NCBI GenBank assembly: GCA_012719395.1
Contig: JAAYAL010000016.1
Coordinates: 3,166-67,165, forward strand
Source of the DNA: Gaiellales bacterium
GTDB lineage: Bacteria; Actinomycetota; Thermoleophilia; RBG-16-64-13
Reading direction: 5' to 3'
DNA: 64,000 bases
Within the stretch, counting starts at the first letter, position 1; the number at the start of each line of letters is the position of its first letter. Shown in pieces: positions 56,200-64,000 of the stretch. Position numbers and translations under genes: made by a program. The notes beneath the pieces are model-generated. The model was not told where the DNA came from, did no database searches, and saw nothing but the letters and a program-made list of their open reading frames with translations.

Positions 56200-56582
56200 T
56201 TCGCATCGAGGTAGTTCTGCAGCATGAAGGCCGCGGCTACGGCGTCGGCATGACCCGTCCCCGGCTTGAGTTCCCTGGCCAGTTTGGTGGTGAAGCGCTC
56301 GTCCCAGGTCACAATGGGGATGGTTGCAGTATTCCGCAGCAGGCCCACCACTTCCCGGCTCCTGGCGGCCTGGCGGCTGTCTCCTCCGCGCAAGGGCCGT
56401 GGGATACCCACCACCACGGCGGTGGCCTCGTGCTCCGCGGCGATGCGCAGCACCTCGCTCCCCAGCGCCTGACGGTCAGTCTCCTCGATGACGGTCAGCG
56501 GCCTGCAGGCAATACCCACCACGTCAGAGACGGCCACGCCGGTACGGCGATCGCCAACGTCAATACCCAGGATTCTGCCCAC
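56184..56582 (-). CDS. ruvX: Holliday junction resolvase-like protein RuvX/YqgF
   Basis: ILGIDVGDRRTGVAVSD, VVGIP, WDERFTT, DAVAAAFMLQ.YLD. Confidence 0.93.
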   Translation of the reverse strand: MGRILGIDVGDRRTGVAVSDVVGIACRPLTVIEETDRQALGSEVLRIAAEHEATAVVVGIPRPLRGGDSRQAARSREVVGLLRNTATIPIVTWDERFTTKLARELKPGTGHADAVAAAFMLQNYLDAKWGTS

Positions 56583-59201
56583 CTAGCCCGCGAACGCCCG
56601 CGTCACCGCCGTGCGCACTTCCTCCAGCGCCTGGCCCAACCTGGCAGAGTCCCCTCCACCGGCACGGCCTAGCGTTGGGCTGCCTCCACCCCGTGCCCCC
56701 AGGGTCTGCGCAACCTGTTTCACCAGATTGCCGGCGTGGACGCCATCCAGGCCTTTGCTGCAGGAGATGGCCAGCAGTGCACCACCGTCGGTCTTTGCGC
56801 CCAGTGCCACCACTGCCGGCGCAACCTTATCGCGGACTTGATCCACCAACGTCAGCAATTGCTCCATATCACGAGCGGGAGCTTCCGCCGCCACCAGGCG
56901 CGCCTTCCCCAGATCCGCGGCGGTGGCCGCGAGGTCGTTGGCAGCATCCTTTGCCTTGCCCGACCTCAGATCCTTCGTCTCCTCGATGAGGGCCGCGAGT
57001 TGCTCCTGCAGCTTGCGGATACCCGTGAGCAGCTGGTCTTCCTGCGACAGGTTGAGCTGCAGCGCCGCATCACTCACCATGCCGTCTCGCTGCCGGTAGT
57101 AGTCGACCGCCTTGCGCCCGGTGACCGCCTCAATGCGGCGGACATTGGCGCCCACGCTACTCTCGCTCAGGATCTTGAACAACCCTATCTCGCTGGTGCG
57201 ACCCACGTGCGTGCCGCCACAGAGCTCGCGGCTGAAGTTGTCCACCTCCACCACGCGTACGAAGTCACCGTACTTCTCGTCGAACAGCGCCATGGCGCCC
57301 AGGTCACGCGCGTGCTCCAGGGTGGTGGTGAAGGTGCGCACGGCGTGGTCCTCCACGATCTTCCTGTTGACGATCTCCTCCACGGCACGCAACCTGTCCG
57401 AGCCCACCGGCTCGTGGTAGGAGAAGTCGAATCTCATCTTGTCGCTGCGCACGGCCGAGCCGGCCTGGTGTACGTCCTTGCCCAGCGTTTGCTGCAACGC
57501 GTACTGAAGCAGATGCGTCCCGGTGTGGTTGGCGGCCACGGAATGGCGATGGGTAGTGGAGATGGCGGCCTTCACCCGGGTGTCCTCCAGCAGTCTGCCC
57601 TCCACCGGGCGGGCCACGATCACCTGGACTTCGCCGTGCTGCTGCACGTCCACCACCTCGGCGCGGCCGGTGTCGGACTCGATCCAGCCCACGTCGGCGA
57701 TCTGCCCACCCTTCTCCGCGTAGAAGGGGCTCTCCCGCAGGGCCACCAGCAACTTGTCGCCCAAGGGCCGCACCTTCTCGATGACGGTGTAGAGCTCATC
57801 GCGCTCGTAGCCCTGGAACTCGGTGGGCTGCTCCACTTCCCGGGCGAAGTCGATGAGAGCCTGCTGGGAGTCGCTCACTCCCCGCTGAGAAACCCGGGCC
57901 CTTTCGCGCTGCTCCTCCATGGCCGCCTCAAAACCGGCCAGGTCGAGCTCCAATCCCTGTTCGGCCAGCAACTCACGGGTGACCTCCACCGGAAAACCGT
58001 AGGTGTCATGCAGCACGAAGGCCACGCGGCCGGCCAGCACCGTGTTCTCCGCCTCCCGCGCTCTCTCCATCTCCTGCTCCAACAACACCAGTCCCTGGTC
58101 CAGCGTGCGGTTGAAGCGTTGCTCCTCCGTCTCCACGATGCGCAGCACTGCGTCCCTGCGCTGCACCAGTTCCGGGTAGGCATCACCCAACATGTCAATG
58201 ACGCGCTGTGCGAACCGCGCCAGGAACGGAGGCTCTATCTGGGCAGTGCGGCCCATGCGGGCGGCACGCCGAATCACGCGCCGCAGCACGTAGCTGCGGC
58301 CCTCATTGCCGGGCAGCACTCCGTCGGCGATGAGGAAGGTCATGGCACGGGCATGATCCGCCAGCACGCGTAGGGCAACATCTGTCCGCGTCTCTTGACC
58401 GAGCTTCCTTCCCGAGATCTCCTCGCCAAGGCTGATGAGCGGATAGAACACATCCGTGTGGAAGACGGAGGGCACACCCTGGCTGATGGCGGCGATGCGC
58501 TCCAGGCCCATGCCGGTATCGATGTTGTTGAACGGCAACGGGGCGAGGCCGCCGTTGGCGTCCATGTTGTATTCCGTGAAGACCAAGTTCCAGTACTCCA
58601 GGTAGCGATCACACTCGCAACCCGGGCGGCAATCCGGACTGCCACAACCGAAGCCGGGACCTTGGTCGTAGTAGATCTCTGAGCAGGGGCCGCAGGGACC
58701 GGAGGCGCCGGTGGGCCCCCAGAAGTTGTCGCTGCGGGGCAGTCCCACCATGCGCTCCCGTGGGATCCCCACGGCCGCCCAAGCCTCCACGGCCTGGGTA
58801 TCCGGTGGCACTTGGTCGTCCCCCATGAAGTAGGAGATCCAGAGCCGATCCGCCGGGTAGCCCAGATGCTCGGTGGAGAACTGGAAGCCGAAGCGGATGG
58901 CCTCTGCTTTGAAGTAGTCCCCCACGGAGAAGTTGCCCAACATCTCGAAGAAAGTGCAGTGGCGGGAGGTCAGCCCCACGCGGTCGATGTCTGTGGTGCG
59001 GAAGCACTTCTGCACGCTGGTCAACCGTCGCGAGGGGGGCTCGGCGGTACCGAGGAAGTACGGCTTGAACTGCTGCATGCCCGCCGTGGTCAGCAGCACC
59101 GAGGGATCGCGGTGGGGAACGAGCGAAGAACTCGGGACCAGCAGATGACCCTGAGTCACGAAATAGTCAAGGTACAGCTTGCGTAGCTCGGATGTCTTCA
59201 A
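56583..59201 (-). CDS. alaS: Alanine--tRNA ligase
   Basis: LLTTAGMQQFK, QKCFR, HCTFFEMLGNFS.GDY, GPCGPCSE, IDTGMGLER, editing HTGTHLL and ELCGGTH; TTG start. Confidence 0.98.
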   Translation of the reverse strand: MKTSELRKLYLDYFVTQGHLLVPSSSLVPHRDPSVLLTTAGMQQFKPYFLGTAEPPSRRLTSVQKCFRTTDIDRVGLTSRHCTFFEMLGNFSVGDYFKAEAIRFGFQFSTEHLGYPADRLWISYFMGDDQVPPDTQAVEAWAAVGIPRERMVGLPRSDNFWGPTGASGPCGPCSEIYYDQGPGFGCGSPDCRPGCECDRYLEYWNLVFTEYNMDANGGLAPLPFNNIDTGMGLERIAAISQGVPSVFHTDVFYPLISLGEEISGRKLGQETRTDVALRVLADHARAMTFLIADGVLPGNEGRSYVLRRVIRRAARMGRTAQIEPPFLARFAQRVIDMLGDAYPELVQRRDAVLRIVETEEQRFNRTLDQGLVLLEQEMERAREAENTVLAGRVAFVLHDTYGFPVEVTRELLAEQGLELDLAGFEAAMEEQRERARVSQRGVSDSQQALIDFAREVEQPTEFQGYERDELYTVIEKVRPLGDKLLVALRESPFYAEKGGQIADVGWIESDTGRAEVVDVQQHGEVQVIVARPVEGRLLEDTRVKAAISTTHRHSVAANHTGTHLLQYALQQTLGKDVHQAGSAVRSDKMRFDFSYHEPVGSDRLRAVEEIVNRKIVEDHAVRTFTTTLEHARDLGAMALFDEKYGDFVRVVEVDNFSRELCGGTHVGRTSEIGLFKILSESSVGANVRRIEAVTGRKAVDYYRQRDGMVSDAALQLNLSQEDQLLTGIRKLQEQLAALIEETKDLRSGKAKDAANDLAATAADLGKARLVAAEAPARDMEQLLTLVDQVRDKVAPAVVALGAKTDGGALLAISCSKGLDGVHAGNLVKQVAQTLGARGGGSPTLGRAGGGDSARLGQALEEVRTAVTRAFAG

Positions 59202-59228
59202 GGGGCAAAACCTCTCACCGTCGATGTC

Positions 59229-60053
59229 CTACAGCCGCGTGTCGTGTTCGCCTTCTCCCACTATCGTCTGCCTGAGAACGTCGACGGCCTTGCGTATCAG
59301 CCGCGAAACGTGCATCTGCGAGATGCCCACCCGAGCCGCTATCTGCGTCTGCGTCATGCCTTCGAAGAAACGCAGGTGCAGTATCAACCGCTCTCTCTCA
59401 TCCAGATGCTCCATCGCCGGCGCCAGGAAGCGCCTCTGCTCCACCAGTTCATAGGCACCCTCTTCGCCACCCAGGCAATCCGCAATCTCGAAAGCGTCCT
59501 CCTCCTCCGAGGTACCGCTCCCGTAGATCGAGAGGGAATTATAGGCCCTTCCGCTCTCCAGCGCCTCAAGGACTTCCTCTTCGCTCACGCCACACGCTTT
59601 GGCCATGTCCGCGATGGAGGGCGAACGATTGAGATCGACCGTCAACTGCTCCACTACTCGGTTCAGTCTGACGTTGAGGTCCTGCAGGGCCCGGGGGACT
59701 TTGACCGCCCAACCCTTGTCACGGAAGTAGCGCTTGATCTCGCCCATGATGGTTGGAGTGGCATACGTGGACAGCTCCACACCCCTATCGGGATCGAAGC
59801 GATCGATGGCTTTGATCAAACCGATGGACCCCACCTGTATGAGATCCTCCACCGGCTGGCCGCGAGAGGCAAAACGGCGCGCCAAACCGCGCACCAGTGG
59901 CAGATAGCGGGTGATCAGCTCTTCCCGGGCGCCCTGGTCGTGCTCTTGGCGTATGCGACGGAGAAGCACCTTCTCAGGCAGGTCCCGTGGGGGAGGCTCC
60001 AACGGGTCCACCATAGAACGCCCTGCGGCAGCAGCGTGCTTCGGTTCACCCAT
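59229..60053 (-). CDS. SigB/SigF-family stress sigma factor
   Basis: DLIQVGSIGLIKAIDRFDPDRGVELSTYATPTIMGEIKRYFRDKGWAVKVPR; MTQTQIAARVGISQMHVSRL; start 60053 (60056 or 60014 possible). Confidence 0.93.
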   Translation of the reverse strand: MGEPKHAAAAGRSMVDPLEPPPRDLPEKVLLRRIRQEHDQGAREELITRYLPLVRGLARRFASRGQPVEDLIQVGSIGLIKAIDRFDPDRGVELSTYATPTIMGEIKRYFRDKGWAVKVPRALQDLNVRLNRVVEQLTVDLNRSPSIADMAKACGVSEEEVLEALESGRAYNSLSIYGSGTSEEEDAFEIADCLGGEEGAYELVEQRRFLAPAMEHLDERERLILHLRFFEGMTQTQIAARVGISQMHVSRLIRKAVDVLRQTIVGEGEHDTRL

Positions 60054-60447
60054 CACAGCGGCACATCTTGGTGAGCCGGAGGGAGAAGCCCGCCGGCGTT
60101 TCGCGCTCCAGGCCACAGTCGTCTACCAGCCGCCGCAACACGGTGCCCCGATGCAGCAACGGCATGGAAGCCGTTGCCGGCCGAGAGCGACCTAGGATCT
60201 CGGCGCGCAGCCCAGCATCACTCAGCAGACCCAGATACACGTTGATCCGACCATCACCCATCTCAACTTCCATGGTGATCTGGTCTTCCTTGGCCTCCCT
60301 GCCCCTGAGCACGTGCTCCACCGCCAGCTGCAGGTCATCCATGGCCTCGAAGGTCATATCAGCCCTGGCTGCCACCCCGCCCAGCACCAAGCGCAACAGG
60401 GGAAGGTAGGCAGACGAGTCCGGGAGCGTCAGGCACACGCGATCCAA
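60046..60447 (-). CDS. RsbW-like anti-sigma factor with degenerate kinase motifs
   Basis: TTG start after GGAGG; LPDSSAYLPLLRLVLGGVAARADMTFEAMDDLQLAVE resembles the RsbW N-terminus; LVD..and LTK at the C-terminus; overlaps the sigma gene start. Confidence 0.75.
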   Translation of the reverse strand: MDRVCLTLPDSSAYLPLLRLVLGGVAARADMTFEAMDDLQLAVEHVLRGREAKEDQITMEVEMGDGRINVYLGLLSDAGLRAEILGRSRPATASMPLLHRGTVLRRLVDDCGLERETPAGFSLRLTKMCRCDG

Positions 60448-60499
60448 TGGCTCAGCTCCTCCAGCATAAGCGGAGCCAAGTGCGGCTCCGGCCCGCAGG

Positions 60500-60754
60500 T
60501 CACACAGCAGTGGAGCTCTTGTGACCCTCCAGGTACTCCTGGATCTCGTGCTGCTTGACGGCGGCGGCCTCCTTGCCGGCCTGGGTGGCTTCCTGAAGCC
60601 TGACCTTGACGTCATCCAGCACACGGCGCGCCTCGCCCGGTACCTCGGGCAAAGCCTCCATCATGGTCTTGCCCTGCTCCTGAGAGATGCGGCGAGCAAG
60701 CAGGCATGCACCCACTGCCCCCGCCACCAGCAATGCAAGGAACAACTTACGCAT
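60500..60754 (-). CDS. YtxH-like small membrane-anchored protein
   Basis: N-terminal hydrophobic LLVAGAVGACLL followed by a charged amphipathic coiled region; follows the DUF948-like gene. Confidence 0.55.
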   Translation of the reverse strand: MRKLFLALLVAGAVGACLLARRISQEQGKTMMEALPEVPGEARRVLDDVKVRLQEATQAGKEAAAVKQHEIQEYLEGHKSSTAV

Positions 60755-60755
60755 G

Positions 60756-61124
60756 CTATGCCTCCTTACGCTTGCCTTCGAATAAGGTGGTCACCGCCCG
60801 GCTCAGACCGGCGGAGACACCTGCAACCGTCTTCAGCGGTGAGCCCACAGTGTGCTGCACGGCGCGGGTGGTGTTTTCCAGCGCCCCCGTGGCCGCCGCC
60901 ACATTGCCGGTGATGCTTCCGACGCTGCCCAGTTCCTGGTTGACCTCATCCACTGTGGTCTGCAGCCGATTGAGGATGGGAACCACCTCACGATCGACGT
61001 CCTGCACCATGGCACCGGCCGCCGAGAACACACCGGCAAGGCGAATGAGCATGTAGATGAGCCCCAGCCCGAACAGGACGAAGAATACGCCTATAGCTAT
61101 GCGCATGAAGCTACCAGCATCCAC
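60756..61124 (-). CDS. DUF948 (YtxG/YoxC-like) membrane protein
   Basis: N-terminal TM then heptad/MCP-like helices (DREVVPILNRLQTTVDEVNQEL..V..ITGNV); GTG after GAAAGGAG. Confidence 0.7.
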   Translation of the reverse strand: MDAGSFMRIAIGVFFVLFGLGLIYMLIRLAGVFSAAGAMVQDVDREVVPILNRLQTTVDEVNQELGSVGSITGNVAAATGALENTTRAVQHTVGSPLKTVAGVSAGLSRAVTTLFEGKRKEA

Positions 61125-61195
61125 CCCCCAGCTCCTTTCCTCAAGGCCCGCGCGCGCTCAGGACTAACACGGACCTGCGCTTCGGCTTGGCAATC

Positions 61196-61222
61196 ATTAT
61201 AGACGATGAGCGGAGGTCTCAA
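61196..61222 (-). promoter_or_regulatory. Putative sigma70-type promoter upstream of the DUF948-YtxH-RsbW-sigma cluster
   Basis: Perfect -10 TATAAT (61201-61196); TTGAGA 15 nt upstream (short spacer). Confidence 0.5.
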
Positions 61223-62322
61223 GACCTTTCGGCCGGCGGAGGCCACGTTTTGTCAATGATCCCCGACCAGAGCACGTCATCACCTCTGTAGGCCACCGCC
61301 ACTTGCCCAGGCGCCACGCCGACGGCTGGTTCCGCGAAGCACACGCGAAGCCCCTGCCCCCAGGAGGTGACCGTCGCGGGCCGCGTCCCACCACTGGATC
61401 GGTACTGTATGAGAACAGTGTCCCCATCCTCGGCCAACCGTTGACGGACCACATGGCTCACCAGCAGCCCCGCTACCTGCAGGGCCTGGTGCGGCCCCAC
61501 GACCACCGCCGCGCTCTTTTCCTCCAGTGCCACCACGTAGAGCGCTGCAGGCGCGGAGATGCCCAGCCCCTTGCGCTGCCCCACGGTGAAGTCGAAGAAA
61601 GACCCGTGCCGCCCTATCTCCTTCCCCGCCAGGTCCACTATCGCTCCCGGCCGCGCTTCCACTCTCGTACGCAGAAAGCGGCGGTAGTCGTTGTCTGGGA
61701 TGAAACAAGCCTCCTGGCTCTCCGGGCGGCTTTGCACCGACAGTCCCGCCCGCTGCGCCAACCGCCGCACCTGCTCCTTGCTGAGGTTGCCCAGTGGGAA
61801 GAGGCTGCCGGCCAGCAGGTCGGAGCGAACCTGGGCGAGCACATATGATTGATCCTTGCCCGTTGCCAGGCCCCGGCGCAAACGTGGCGGACGGCCACCC
61901 ATCCGTGCGTAGTGCCCGGTGGCGATGTGCGAGAGGCGGCGTTGCTCAGCCAGGGCTCGCAGCGCGGGGAAGCGTAGGCGCGCGTTGCAGCGCACACAGG
62001 GGTTGGGGGTGCGCGCACGCGCGTATTCCTCCACGAAAGGCTCCACCACCTCACGGAGGAATGGGTCGGCGAGGTCCACAAGATGGTGCTCGATGCCCAA
62101 CTGCTCAGCGGTGGCCCGCGCCGCCAGGATGCTCTCGGCCGAACAGCAGAGATTGGGCCTGTCGCAGGCGGGATCACTCCACAGGGCGAACGTCACGCCC
62201 TCCACACGCAGCCCGCTCTGCTGCAGCAGCAGAGCGGCCACAGCGCTGTCCACGCCCCCGCTCAGCCCCACCAGCGCCCCCGTGGCCCCTTCCGGCGGGA
62301 CGAGAAGGCCTCTGGTCACCAT
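61219..62322 (-). CDS. mnmA: tRNA 2-thiouridine(34) synthase
   Basis: GLSGGVDS PP-loop, TPNPCVRCN, ATGHYA, KDQSYVL, ESQEACF, TVGQRKGL, GVAPGQ. Confidence 0.95.
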   Translation of the reverse strand: MVTRGLLVPPEGATGALVGLSGGVDSAVAALLLQQSGLRVEGVTFALWSDPACDRPNLCCSAESILAARATAEQLGIEHHLVDLADPFLREVVEPFVEEYARARTPNPCVRCNARLRFPALRALAEQRRLSHIATGHYARMGGRPPRLRRGLATGKDQSYVLAQVRSDLLAGSLFPLGNLSKEQVRRLAQRAGLSVQSRPESQEACFIPDNDYRRFLRTRVEARPGAIVDLAGKEIGRHGSFFDFTVGQRKGLGISAPAALYVVALEEKSAAVVVGPHQALQVAGLLVSHVVRQRLAEDGDTVLIQYRSSGGTRPATVTSWGQGLRVCFAEPAVGVAPGQVAVAYRGDDVLWSGIIDKTWPPPAERS

Positions 62323-62363
62323 CCTCCGAGGCCGAGAGCCCTACGGAACTCCACCGGTGCCCC

Positions 62364-62885
62364 CTAGAGCTGTCGGATATTCACCACGTACTGGTTGAAC
62401 ACGGCTTCATCCGCGTAACCTGTGATGAAGTACTGGACGATCCCGTGCGAATCGACGAATGCCGCAAAGGGCGGGTAGTGTGACCCAAGCTGCGTAGTGA
62501 GATCACCCAGGCTCTCAGGGTCGTCAAAGTTGTATGACACGAACGACACGTCCTTGTAGCGGGGCGCGAGGGTACCGAGAGACGCCTTCACCAGCTCATC
62601 ATCCGTGCCGCCGGGCACGTACACCAGGATGACCAAGGGCTTCTGCGTGTTCAGGGCCTGGGCCACCTCAAGAGGTGTCCCTTCTTCGGCCAACAGTTGT
62701 GTGAGCCGAGGTGCATCCCCCACCGGGGTGGTGGTGGTCACGGTGGGGGGGGCCGCAGCGGTAGTCGTGGTGGCGGGCTCGTCACTGCAGCCTGCCGACA
62801 TGAGCACGGCTGCCGCTCCCACGAACAGCGCCAGGGAAAGAAGTACCATGCGAACGGCACACGCCCACGGGACCCTGTATCTCAT
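62364..62885 (-). CDS. Putative lipoprotein with Thr-rich linker and thioredoxin-like domain lacking CxxC
   Basis: Signal peptide ending SAGC; TTTT tracts; KPLVILVY..., P.FAAFVDSHG.V...ITGY pattern; ATG 62885 after GAGGAGTGAGG. Confidence 0.6.
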   Translation of the reverse strand: MRYRVPWACAVRMVLLSLALFVGAAAVLMSAGCSDEPATTTTAAAPPTVTTTTPVGDAPRLTQLLAEEGTPLEVAQALNTQKPLVILVYVPGGTDDELVKASLGTLAPRYKDVSFVSYNFDDPESLGDLTTQLGSHYPPFAAFVDSHGIVQYFITGYADEAVFNQYVVNIRQL

Positions 62886-62907
62886 GACCTCACTCCTCAT
62901 ACGGAAA

Positions 62908-63059
62908 ATGCTCCACCTTGCCGTGTCTGGGTGATCTTGAACCTGCCTAAGCAGGTGGGTGGCTGCTCCTGGAGGGCACTGCTACCGCCCAGAGAAACAA
63001 GCCTCCCGATCATCGCGTGTTGGCTCAAGACTGAGCAGATCACGCACAAGGTCGAGCAC
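62908..63059 (-). ncRNA. ssrS: 6S RNA
   Basis: Terminal helices TGCTC/GAGCA, ACCTTG/CAAGGT, TGATCT/AGATCA; GGGAGGC(63007-63001)/GCCACCC(62963-62957); bubble hairpin ACCTGC-TTAG-GCAGGT then TCAA; CGGCA; directly downstream of aspS as in Firmicutes. Confidence 0.85.
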
Positions 63060-63063
63060 AACA

Positions 63064-63072
63064 ACTCTACCA
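63064..63072 (-). promoter_or_regulatory. Extended -10 promoter of 6S RNA
   Basis: TG-G-TAGAGT ending about 5 nt upstream of the predicted 6S 5' end. Confidence 0.6.
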
Positions 63073-63090
63073 CAACCCCTTGGCCCCCTC

Positions 63091-63999
63091 TCAGATGGTC
63101 TTGAGCCGCAACTCCTTCATTTGACCATTTGAAACCGATGACGGCGCTCCTGTCAACGGACAGGACCCGCTTTGGGTTTTGGGGAAGGCTATGACATCGC
63201 GAATGGAGTCCTCTCCGGCCATCAGCATCACCAGCCGGTCGAGGCCCAGGGCCATGCCGCCGTGAGGAGGGATGCCGTAGTCCATGGCTTCCACCAGGAA
63301 GCCAAACTTGGCCGCAATTTCCTCGCTCCCCATACCCAAGGTGGCGAATATTGCCTCCTGCATGGCGGGATCCGACACGCGCAGCGACCCGCTGCCCAGC
63401 TCCACGCCGTTGAGCACCAGATCGTAGGCGTGGGTTCCCAGTTCCGCGGGGTGGCGCCCCAAGTCGGCGGCGTCCTGGATGCGCGGCCGGGTGAAGGGGT
63501 GGTGCTGCGCTTTCCAGCGCTTCTCGCGCTCGTCGTACTCGAACATGGGGAAGTTCAGCACCCAGGTGAAGCGCCAACCCTCCTTGGGCACCCCCAACCT
63601 CTCGGCGAGGTGAACACGGAGCGTCCCCAGACTGGGCTCGAGAACAGGCAGGCGGTCGGCCGCAAAGAGCAGCAGGTCACCGGCCACGGCCCCCATGCGC
63701 TGCACGATGCCTTCCATGGTTTCCGGGCTCACAAACTTGGCGATGGGGGAACGGACCCCGCTCTCCTCCACCCAGATTGGAATGAGGCCCTTGGCGCCGT
63801 GCACGGCGGCCACACCGGCCACATCATCCACATCCTTGCGTGAGAAGCCGCCGGCCCCTGCCGCGCAGAGACCCCGCACGGCGCCACCGGAGTCAAGGAC
63901 TTCCGTGAACACCTTGAACCCGCAGTCAGCCACCAGATCGGAGATGTCGGCTATCTCCATGGCAAAGCGGAGATCTGGCTTGTCGCTGCCGAAGCGACG
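63091..63999 (-). CDS. aspS: Aspartate--tRNA ligase, C-terminal part (gene begins beyond the window)
   Basis: RFGSDKPDLRF, GAD domain, FTWVLNFPMFE, HHPFT, AYDLVLNGVELGSGS.R, PPHGG.ALGLDRLVM, IRDVIAFPKT. Confidence 0.97.
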   Translation of the reverse strand, partial: RRFGSDKPDLRFAMEIADISDLVADCGFKVFTEVLDSGGAVRGLCAAGAGGFSRKDVDDVAGVAAVHGAKGLIPIWVEESGVRSPIAKFVSPETMEGIVQRMGAVAGDLLLFAADRLPVLEPSLGTLRVHLAERLGVPKEGWRFTWVLNFPMFEYDEREKRWKAQHHPFTRPRIQDAADLGRHPAELGTHAYDLVLNGVELGSGSLRVSDPAMQEAIFATLGMGSEEIAAKFGFLVEAMDYGIPPHGGMALGLDRLVMLMAGEDSIRDVIAFPKTQSGSCPLTGAPSSVSNGQMKELRLKTI

Positions 64000-64000
64000 C

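Noticed and set aside
59202-59228. T-box riboswitch upstream of alaS
   Set aside because: The intergenic gap is only 27 nt, too short, and has no T-box sequence

Overview
GC-rich, gene-dense core-genome window with no recognisable mobile element, prophage, CRISPR array or pseudogene. It most resembles a deep-branching Actinomycetota (Thermoleophilia/Rubrobacteria-like). This taxonomy is inferred from an actinobacterial DUF881-sbp-DUF881-gcvH-FHA-MerR cluster and a single-motif RsiG, combined with Firmicutes-like synteny and plsY. The + strand block (1-48.8 kb) runs pilMNO plus a PilP-like lipoprotein, aroC/aroKB/aroQ, pepP, efp, a pyruvate-carboxylase-CT/AccB fusion, accC, nusB, dxs, tlyA, nadK, recN, pyrG, xerD, a deoB-PNP fusion, a DHH-CBS tRNA nucleotidyltransferase, scpAB, rluB, hisC-aroF-tyrA-aroA-cmk-plsC-ispH-der-plsY-gpsA, tRNA-Pro(GGG) and the DUF881 cluster, with mglAB on the opposite strand. 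The - strand block (64-49 kb) runs aspS, 6S RNA, mnmA, a DUF948/YtxH/RsbW-like/SigB-like module, alaS, ruvX, mltG, aroE, pilB-pilT-pilC and a second SigB/F-like sigma factor. The main leads are (i) a possible c-di-GMP-controlled type IV pilus system in a monoderm (RsiG-like anti-sigma, MshEN-PilB, Myxococcus-type MglAB, a sigma factor at the end of the pil operon) and (ii) an unannotated ~190-nt promoter- and terminator-bounded RNA at the convergence point that shares core motifs with the window's own 6S RNA. All calls come from motif recognition by eye; no searches or folding were run. Several starts were re-picked relative to the ORF track using RBS position and family N-termini.
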